DNA of 30,311 nucleotides from Vitrella brassicaformis CCMP3155 (taxonomy: Eukaryota; Protista; Chromerida), in assembly GCA_001179505.1 (NCBI GenBank), contig CDMY01000690.1:1-30311 (forward strand). Reading direction: 5' to 3'. Of this stretch, positions 21,701 through 30,311 are shown in pieces. The notes under the pieces are model-generated. The model worked only from the letters and a program-made list of their open reading frames with translations. It ran no database searches and was not told the origin of the DNA. Within the stretch, counting starts at the first letter, position 1; the number at the start of each line of letters is the position of its first letter. The position numbers and the translations under genes were made by a program.

Positions 21701-24700
21701 TGAGCGAGACGCTCAGCGAGGGCACCGTGGTGTAGCTGTCTGCCATGCGCCCCAGGCCTGACGAGACGACCATGTGGATGCACAGGGGAGAGTGTGTGAG
21801 GGGCGGGGAGACGAGAGGGAGGAAGGACGGGGGCTGCGAGTCGTCCAGTGGCATCTGGATGGACGCGTACACACCTGCGTACACGCGAGGACAACACGCG
21901 TGTCTTGCTGATTTGTATGTGGATGTGGGTGCCACGCTCTCTCACTCACCTTGTGCAGTGCCCATTGTGTGATCGACATTTGGCATCTTCATGACTCTCA
22001 TCTTTGGCTCGTTGTCGTTCCTGGCCTTGTCGCCACCACTGGCGAAACCCCACACACGCCGCCATGCGCCACCCCCCTCTCCCTCTCCCTCTCCCTGCTC
22101 ATGCCAACCGCACCACCCGTCCTCAAATGAACATGTGGGTGAGAGGCCGCAAGAGACCGTGATTTCCATATCTTCTCCCTCTGGTGGTTGCTCCTGCTGT
22201 GCCTTGGGGGTGAGTGGGGCAGCGGTGAAACGCCACTTGCCTGCATCGTGTATGCGCATGCAGGTGTGGAGATGATGAGTGAATTGTGCTGCCGACGAAC
22301 CTGGTGTCGGTCTCGTGGCAGCGCCCGGCTGCTCCCGTTTCTTCTTGGCTGCGTCGGTGTTGCTCTTGTCTCGTGGTCGCCATCTAGATGGAGAGGATGC
22401 GTTGGACGATAGATCAGGGACATTCTCAACCCCCACTGGGTCACCACCAGGCACCTGCAACACGCAGCAGATACAAGCGTGCCCACAGGTCTCTCGCAAA
22501 GGCGGACCTTTTCCCCACCTTTGGAACGGCCGTCGCCAGCACAACCACGTCAGGATGTCCACTGATGGACCACAGCCCGCTGTCGGCGTCCATAGCCAGC
22601 TCCAGCACCACACTGCCGCCATCACCGCCACCACTATCGGCAGCATCACCCCTGCTGTTGCCGCCTCTCATGTTGCCGCTCTTCCTTGCTGCTGCAGTTG
22701 CTGCTGCTGCAAGTGTCAAGTTGGCCGTGTATGTGCCTGTGGGTGTGCGTGTGAAGGGGCGGTCGAGAGCGTGCAGACGGAAAGGCCACCCAGACATCGA
22801 GATTATGCGGCACTCTGATGAAAACGGACACATGGAGAGAGATGTGATGTTGGTGCAGATGTGGGGCTGTCTGTGCGTACCGTCGTTCTCATAAGCGTGT
22901 TTGAGCGCTCTGTAAGCGTTGAGTCGGCCGTTGGTGAGCACCTTGCCCAGCAGAGACGGCGCATAGTCAGCGGATCGCGTCAGCGCATCCTTGACCTGCA
23001 CACCACACACACCCACAGTCGTATACTGACCTACCCACACTCTCAATGTGTCTCCGTCCTCACTTGTTTGGCGTTGAGGTGGGGCATGGTGTCCATTAGC
23101 AGTGCGGCCGCCCCTGCGGCCACCGGTGCGGCCATGCTGGTGCCGCTGATCCACATGTAGGCGTTGTCGTAGGCCGTCGAGAGCAGCTCGTGGCCTGTGC
23201 ACACGCACACACATGTGTGGGTGTGGATGCGGCAATGGGTGTCTGTGTGGGGGTGTACCAGGTGCGGCGATGTCTGTGGATCGTTTGCCGATGTTGGAAA
23301 ACCCGACCAGCTCGTCACTGGGCGTGGTCGCCTGGCACACAGACGAGTATGTTCCTCCTTGGCTGTGAGTGCCTGGTGCCACATACTTACCGCCACACAT
23401 AGTATGTTTGGCAGCTCCCATGCACACGGGAAGTCGTTTGATGTGATGCGCCCGTCACTGTCCATCGACTCGTTCTCCAAATTCTCATTCCCTGATGACA
23501 CGCACACAGAGATTGGAAGTGGCCCACGCGCAGATCTGGTGACCCACCTGCCGATGTGACAATGAGGTGCCCCCTGTCACCAAGCCGCTGGACCATCTTC
23601 CGCAGCAGCTTGTTGTCGAACGGACCGGCGCCACGCCAACCAAAGCTCGCCGTCGACAGACGCACACCTGATACAGAGAGATGGATTCACAGCTTTCTCT
23701 ATGTTGTCGTTGTGTGTGGCGGCGGTGTGTATACCCATTTTGGCGATGTATTCCCATCCCTTGGCCAGTTTGTCGCCCTTGCCGTACCCCCGGTCGTCGA
23801 ACACCTTGACAGCCACCAACTTGACGCGTCGGCAGAAACCGCACACACCGGCTATGCCCTGTTGCAGCCACACAGAAACACATGTGTAAGGGCAGATGCG
23901 TGTGTCGTGTGGATGGGGTTGCATACGATCGAGTTGTTGGCCTTTGCTGCGATGAGTCCGGCGATGTGCGTGCCGTGTGCGTTGTGGGTGAGGGGGTCGC
24001 TGCGGCCGTTGAAGAAATCGTAACCGTAACTGACACACAGACCGCCACACGAACCAACCAGATGCCTGTGTGTGTATGTGTGCGGTGTGGATGGCTCACA
24101 TGTCGTCTACATAGCCGTTCTCATCGTCGTCAATGCCGTTGTCTGATGACAAAGCAAAGACACACACACGGATCCGCCCAATCTATGTGTGCAGTGGCTG
24201 CGCCGGCCCACCTGGTATTTCCTTTGGGTTGTTCCACATCATGCCAGACAGGTCGGGATGGCGGTAATTCACACTGATTGACGACAGACACAACACACAA
24301 GAGGGAACAGAGATAGACGGCTTGGTCGTGCCCCTCTGCCTCCCCATCGGCTCACCCAGTATCGACAACAGCCACTAGAATGGGATCGCTGTCGGTGTCA
24401 TTGCCCAAATCCACCGTCTCACCAACAAGCGACTAGATCGCACGCAGACAGAGAGGCATAGACAGAAGGCACCAATACACGTACATGTGCGTGTGCCCAC
24501 CTTGCTGTATCCCCAGGCCTCTTCCATCCTCAGTCTCTCCAGCCACCATCCATCGAACACCGTCACATTGGGGTCGTTGACCGCACCATACACACCACCA
24601 CCACCACCACCATCTACACCATCTGCGCCCCTGCCGTGCCGGTGCCGCCTCTCCTGCAGTCTGTCCATCGCCTCTCGCTGCCCACCACCCCTCCGCCGAC

Positions 24701-25259
24701 CCTCTTCTCGCTCTTCCAGGCGTCTACGTGAGAGAGTGGGAAGTGGCGCGGCGATGATGTGGGACTGGAAAGGGCGGCTGGGCTGCACGTGCTCTACATT
24801 ACTGTGCTGCGACAGCTTGGCTATCACGGCCTGAATAAGGGGAGAGGGATACACACACATCATTATGTGTGCCTTGTGTGTGTCGTGAGGTGCCACCTCT
24901 ACGTTGGCTGTGTGGTTGAGGGTGACTATCTCTACACCCAATATGGGCAGCCACTCCGTCGATACGACGCCATCAAAAGCGCTGTCAGACACCAGCCGAC
25001 GCAGTGCTGATGGTCGACCGGCGTCGTCACGGTAGGTCAGCAAGAGAGTGGGGCTATCGACAGGTGATGAACCTGCACACACAGCACAGCAGCAGAAAAC
25101 AGGCAGATGGGCGCGTCCCGATCTGTGTGCCTTGCGTGTCTGTCCCTTACTTGAGTGGCCGCTCTGCAAACACATGGTAAGGATGATGACCAGCAGAAGA
25201 CCCGAAACGAAGCTGCTACCTACTCTATCTCTCAAACAGCACCAGCAGCACTGCCTCAT
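18780..25259 (-). CDS. Secreted subtilisin-like serine protease (S8) with a prodomain and three C-terminal MAM domains
   Basis: ATG at 25259, followed by a hydrophobic leader (SFVSGLLLVIILTMCLQSG). Phase-consistent exons give VAVVDTG (Asp 24361-63), NGIDDDENGYVDD, HGTHIAG (His 23975-77), SAGN and GTSMAAP (Ser 23136-38). MAM signatures are CSFEDGWCGW..VAIDDV, CDFESGLCGY..VGIDDV and CSFEGSLCGF..VAIDDV. The 3' end is uncertain (~18.6-18.9 kb). Confidence 0.9.
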
Positions 25260-25820
25260 TCCTCCCTCCCTCTCCCTCCCTCTCTTCCTCAATGCGTATA
25301 CAGACAGGCAGCTATGTACATATGCAGCAGACGCCAAAAACTGTTAGACAGTATTAGTCTACTTGAGAGGACAAATCAGCAAAACGACGATAAACAGGGG
25401 CACCAGCACCCTCGACTAAGCACAGATCTGCCCGGCTGACTGACCGCCAGACAGACACAGCAAAATCACAGAAAAGACGCCTCTCTGTTGGCAGATGTTC
25501 ACAGAGGCAGACAGACGGGAAGGGCCGCAGCAGTGATCTGGTGCCGGGACTTCTCGAGAGGCAGCAGGGCCAGAAATGACCGAGTCGTCATGGCCGTTAA
25601 GCCGTTGGAAGGTTGCGAGCTTAATACAAGCCTCAGAAGCAGCATCAAGCGCCTCCTCGTGGCTATAGCAGCACAGGTACGGATGGCACAGAAGCAGCTG
25701 TCAGTTGCGTTCGCTTGAAAAGTCGTTTTGCATCAGGCTGTCGGCGCCACGCTTCAGTTGTACACGCTGGCGGTGCATTCAGTCAGTGCCACGTTGCCTT
25801 GCAGGCTGCAGGGAAGCAGG

Positions 25821-27838
25821 ATGTTGACTGACATGGAGCAGAAGCACTCAGAGGTGAACACACGGCACTGATCCATTCATTCATTCATTGCTGCCTCTGT
25901 CGGTCGTGTGTGGGCCGTTGATGCGTGCAGATAAGCTGCCTGATGTACCGCCTGTCTGCCGTAGACACATCGGACCTCTCTTCACACGTAATCGACGCAA
26001 CACTCACAGCTGGGAATCGGCACTGTTTCACTGGCTGCTTGCCTGTGTGTGTCGTGGCAGGATTGCTCGCTTCTCATGATGGATGCATCGCAGCAGTTCG
26101 CCAAGCTCAAGGCCACACTCAAGGCGCTCGTCAAGGCCGCCACATTCCCTCAGCGACGCACTCACTCATCGGTCAGCCAAAGCGCCATGACGCGCACGAA
26201 CGTATGATTGCCGTGCATCTGTTCGGTTCTGCTTCTTCCAGGCCAACTTTGAGGTCATCTCCACCAACGTCATGGGGCATCTGTATCGACCGCTGGACAT
26301 TCACTGCGTCGGCCGGCTCAAGATGACGGCGCGACTCATCAAAAACCACATCCGAGATGGCCTCCGCCTCCGCGTGATCGACTCCATCGGCAAGGCTGGC
26401 CTGACGGGCGTCGTGCAATTCGCCCCTCAGCTGAGCAATGACGATGTGATGAGGGCGTTGTGGCTGATGGAGGAGGGAGGCAGCTGGGGGGAGACCGGCA
26501 AGGCGCTGCGGTTGGCGAGGCAAAGTGGCTGCTGCACCCTGCCCATCATACTCAACTCGAGAGATCTGCAGAAACATGACAGCAAAAGGGTGAGAGGAAC
26601 ACACACACACACAAATGAGGGAGGAGGGGCGGGGGGGGTATGGTCATTATGTGGTTGTGTGGGTGTGGGTGTGTTGCAGGCGTACCTGCGGCTGCCCCGT
26701 GTCGTCGCTCAGTGGCTGATCGTGGGTCGCCACGTGGTCTTCCGCCGCGGCGGCGCGCCCGGCCGGCGGGAGGAGATCGACGAGCAACCAGCGATGAAGC
26801 GCAGCTTCTCGTTCGCCGGCGACTCATTCCCATCCACTACAGGCCACAAGGTACCACCGAAGCGCACCAAGTCGTACTCGGACGTCGGCTACGACACCTT
26901 CGAGCTGTTCCACCACCCGGCCACCAACGAGATCCGGGCAATCCGCGACGCGCCCGACTTCGCCATCACTCTCTACCCGCCCCTCCCCACCGACGGAGTG
27001 CACCCCCTGCAGCAGCACCCCTTCCAACAACACCGCAAACGTGACGACCCGCCCGTCTGGTGCAATATGTTCTACATTTGCGAGGATGAGTGCAAGAGCG
27101 AGAGCCATCCTGGGTGGACAACAGACGATCAGCGGGCGATGACTTATGCGTCGACGAGCGCCTTCATTGCCGGCACGATCATCTACCACAACCTGACTGG
27201 CGGCGGCATGAAGTTCTATGAGCCGATGCGCAAGAACATCGATCGGTAAGTATTGCGTGGAGCACACTGACGCATGGCAATTCAGCGCAGGTGTCTGTCT
27301 TTGTGTCTGTGTTTGTGTCGGTGCTGCAGTGGCCTGAAGAATGGCTTTCTTGACAAGGTGCTGACGCGATCGCCGCACATGCCGATCGAGGGCTGTACGG
27401 CCGTCGTCACGGTGGAGAATAGCGATGGGGGTGCATTGAAGCTGCACCTGCTGACGGCGTTTGACGACCCCTTCATCGCCATTCTCGGCTCGGCCGTCGG
27501 TCCCGCCGGAGGCCGCCAGACAGGTGAATGGCGAATGACAGACGGCGGAAATGCCTAATTTTCTTTGGTTGATTTTTTCCTTTGCTTTGGCAGCCAAGAT
27601 GAGATTGTTCACCATGGAGCAGCCGGTGGACAGCAACGGCGATCCCATCCGCTGCTGCTCCATCCACTCTGTCCCCACTCGACATCCCCGTTCATCAGCC
27701 CTGGTGCGGCGGTCGGCAGGCCCCATCGCAGCCATCTTCCTCGGTGAGGCATCGGAGGCCAGTGGCGATGGTGCGTTGGAGGGCGATGCCGATGATGAGG
27801 CGGAAGACGCCGATGATGCGATGAATGAGGGAGACTAG
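25821..27838 (+). CDS. Hypothetical protein (~550 aa) with an acidic C-terminal tail; no family recognised
   Basis: Phase-consistent exons 26242-26589, 26680-27245, 27330-27523 and 27594-27838 (TAG). Probable upstream exons from ATG 25821 via ~25930 and 26061; the start is uncertain. Confidence 0.75.
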
Positions 27839-28154
27839 ATAGAGGGAAGCGCGGCAATGCAGCTTCGCATCGACGACTATGGTGGATGGGCGTGCATATA
27901 CATGTGAAGAGACTCGCAGCGAGTGCGCATCGCGGCAGATGTGCACTGATGTGTCATGATCTCACGGATGGATTCAAGATACGGTTGACGATGAATCAAC
28001 ACGCCATCAAAGCAAAATCACGGCTACGGTGTCACGGGCGGACAGGTACTTCTACAACCATGCATGTCCCAAACACAAGTGTACAGTACGCGCAGTGCTC
28101 GACAGTCAATCTCTGCACAAAGCCACAGCCCTTCGTCACCCACCTCCCACGCCA

Positions 28155-29106
28155 TCAGTACGCGCGGAAGACCTGGAGCTCGCCGCAGTCGAACTCCGTG
28201 TCGCCAGCGAGAAGAGCAGTCATGTAGGGGCTCATTTTGCCCCTATAGCCTGCCAGAAGCGCGCTGCTGGGCAGCCACAGATAACACTTGTCGAGATAAT
28301 TATCTCGACCCAACTTGAAATCAATAAAGGCGCCACACTGTTTGAGAAGAAGACGAGCCTTTCCGTCCACCGAGCCGTACTTGCCGGCCACAAAGATGTT
28401 GTGCTTCTCGAAGTCCCTGAGTCTCGTGGGCTGGTCGTAGTGGCCGGCCAGTGAGAACCAGCTCACAGGGCACTGATACCATTCCCAGCTGGACGAGTCC
28501 TTCGGCTGCCTGATCCTGTCATTGATGTGGCAGCCGAAGATGTACTCGCCTTTGTGGATAAGGATTCCGAAGCCAGTCACGTTGCCCACACAGCGGAGGA
28601 AATTGCCGTAAGACCACCCATCGGCCGATGCCCTGACACACACAGAATGACACACAGGCAGACAGCAGCAGAAGAGACAGATGTTGCTGTTTGTTGTGTT
28701 GCTCCCTTGCTTACTTGTACAGGCGTCTAAGTGCCTTCTTGTCGCCTCCCAGCCAGCCGACCAGTGCATCATGCTGCCTCTCCGTCAGCCCAAGGTCCTC
28801 CGCTGTGTGCGGGACAGGCACCAAGTTCTCCAGCAGAAGCAATGTCTTCTCGAATTCGCGATTCCGCTCTTCTGCCTTCGCGTAGCGCTCTTGTGCCGCT
28901 GTGTAGCGCTCCTGCGCCGTTCTGTAGCGTGCCTCTGCCTCCTGATACGCCTTCTTCCAGTCGGTCCTGGCAGCTCGGCTTGTCGTCGCACTGGTGGCAG
29001 CTTGGCGGGTCATCCTCCTTCGCAGCGGGGAGAGATGGGCGTGTAGATGGCGGGGAGAGAATGCACGTGTAGAGAGGAGGGATGCCACCAGGAGCAACAG
29101 ACGCAT
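28155..29106 (-). CDS. TLDc-domain protein with a signal/transit-like leader and a short coiled coil
   Basis: Exons 29106-28715 and 28632-28155, joined by a phase-2 GT-AG intron. RRLYKASADGWSYGNFLRCVG..LIHKGEYIFGCHI and the C-terminal FDCGELQVF match the TLDc LLYRASxDG..FG..E.EVF pattern. Confidence 0.85.
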
Positions 29107-29447
29107 CTTCGTGATCTGACACAATTGATCCGACACGCACAGATCATGACATGAACGAATCATCGGGCCATTGAGGACTGCCATCTCTCATCGAACCATC
29201 ATCCTTTTTGTTCCTCACCGTTCTCTGTGTTTTTGACGTGAGGGTGCAAGCTCGCAAGTGGTGTGAACGATTGAATGCATCAGATCTCTGATGACGAAGG
29301 CCGATATGCACTGGTTGGTTGTTTGCATCCAACACACACACACACACACCCCGACACGACCGATGCACGTCAAAGCACACAAATGGCATCTCAGCTCACA
29401 GACACACACACACAGCTTCGTGGCCTGGCTCCTCTTCGCTCAGCCTG

Positions 29448-30311
29448 TCAGTCATGTCCCTGCTCATACACGAGGCCTGAATGCTGCTTGCTGCACGCCC
29501 TACGACACATGGGGCAGGGCAGCTTCCTGCCGGCGTACTGCTCTTTCAGCGGCTCGAAATAACCTGCATCACACATCCACACACCCACACACCTGCACCC
29601 ACACGCACACGTAGAATGCACGTCGATCTGCCCATGTGTGAGTGAGTGTGTGTCGTACCAATACAGGAGGAGCAGGAGTTTCACCCGGAACGCCATCAAC
29701 GCGTGGATGCTCGACCTGCACACACACCCACAAACAGACAAACGTAGAATGAATGCACGTCGATCTGCTGCATGCAAATCGCAGCTACAGACGCACCCAC
29801 AATTGCGTTGTGTGTGGTACGTCAGTATCAGACACACCTGATTGGTCGTGGGGGTCTTCTCTTCGAGCTCCGTGGGCCCATAGTCGTCCTGCAGCTTGGC
29901 CAACATACGTCTCTCGGTGGCCGCCGAAACGGCCAAACATACGCCAACGCACAGACGAAGAGACACGATGAAGTGCCTGTAGCCTCTTCCCTTCTTCCTC
30001 ACTTACGTACCTTTGGGGCCGCCGGGGGCAGACTAAATGGATGATTTAGCAGGCGCCTCGCAGATGTAAGAGGGAGACGGCGATCGCTCTGCACACACAG
30101 ACACGAGACACGTATACGGAGTCGATCAGTCTGCTTTGACAGCTCACCTTCGATGCGCAGATGGCGGGGCAAGGCAGTGCGGTTCAAGGGGTCATCATCA
30201 GTCGGTCGAATATAAAATGTAGTCAGCGATCTGCATACCACCCAGCCACAGAGAGAAGAGAAGAGAAGACAAGTCTTTTCGTGGTTAAGCCACACAAGAG
30301 ATGCGTGTCTA
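29448..30311 (-). pseudogene. Inverted copy of the left-half modules (21-nt-motif exons, hairpin intron, TTNQ exon, VEHP exon) fused to a RING-like C-terminal fragment
   Basis: Homologous to 14840-15340 and 13560-13760. The final exon (29563-29448) reads YFEPLKEQYAGRKLPCPMCRR only in phase 1, whereas the preceding donor is phase 0. Confidence 0.7.

Larger units (their letters stand above)
3659..30010. repeat. Dispersed intron-like module GT(A/G)CGTAAG..pyrimidine tract..GGCCGCTTCGGCGGCC (5 copies)
   Basis: Donors at 3659, 8905, 12190, 15149 (plus) and 30010 (minus). Hairpins at ~3736, 8987, 12274, 15230 and 29918-29935 (minus). Confidence 0.85.
5685..30230. repeat. Dispersed 21-nt motif, consensus ATCGCTGTCTACATTTTATAT (12 copies)
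   Basis: Copies at 5685, 8428, 8664, 11012, 11819, 11940, 12084, 14405, 14890, 15037 and 18393 (plus strand) and at 30210-30230 (minus strand). Confidence 0.85.

Noticed and set aside
1-30311. CRISPR arrays, rRNA, tRNA
   Set aside because: No regularly spaced repeat-spacer array and no recognisable structural RNA gene; the context is eukaryotic.

Overview
Eukaryotic, GC-rich, intron-dense DNA with short GT-AG introns full of (TG)n/(CA)n/(GGAT)n tracts. The style is typical of the chromerid alveolate Vitrella brassicaformis (inference only). Most long ORFs in the supplied track are intron read-through. The right half (about 18.8-29.1 kb) holds three apparently intact genes: a secreted subtilisin (S8) with three MAM domains (minus strand), a ~550-aa hypothetical protein (plus), and a TLDc protein with a signal/transit-like leader (minus). 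The left ~18 kb, plus an inverted block at 29.4-30.3 kb, is a same-orientation patchwork of duplicated exon-intron modules. These include small phase-0 coiled-coil exons, five CCHC zinc knuckles, and three copies of a Ulp1/SENP-type (C48) protease; the only complete copy has Ser at the catalytic Cys. Two short elements recur: a 21-nt motif (12 copies) and an intron ending in a C(UUCG)G hairpin (5 copies). A chimeric intron and out-of-frame fusions point to an active exon-shuffling or gene-fragment-capture zone. No transposase, RT, Rep/helicase, rRNA, tRNA or CRISPR array was recognised.
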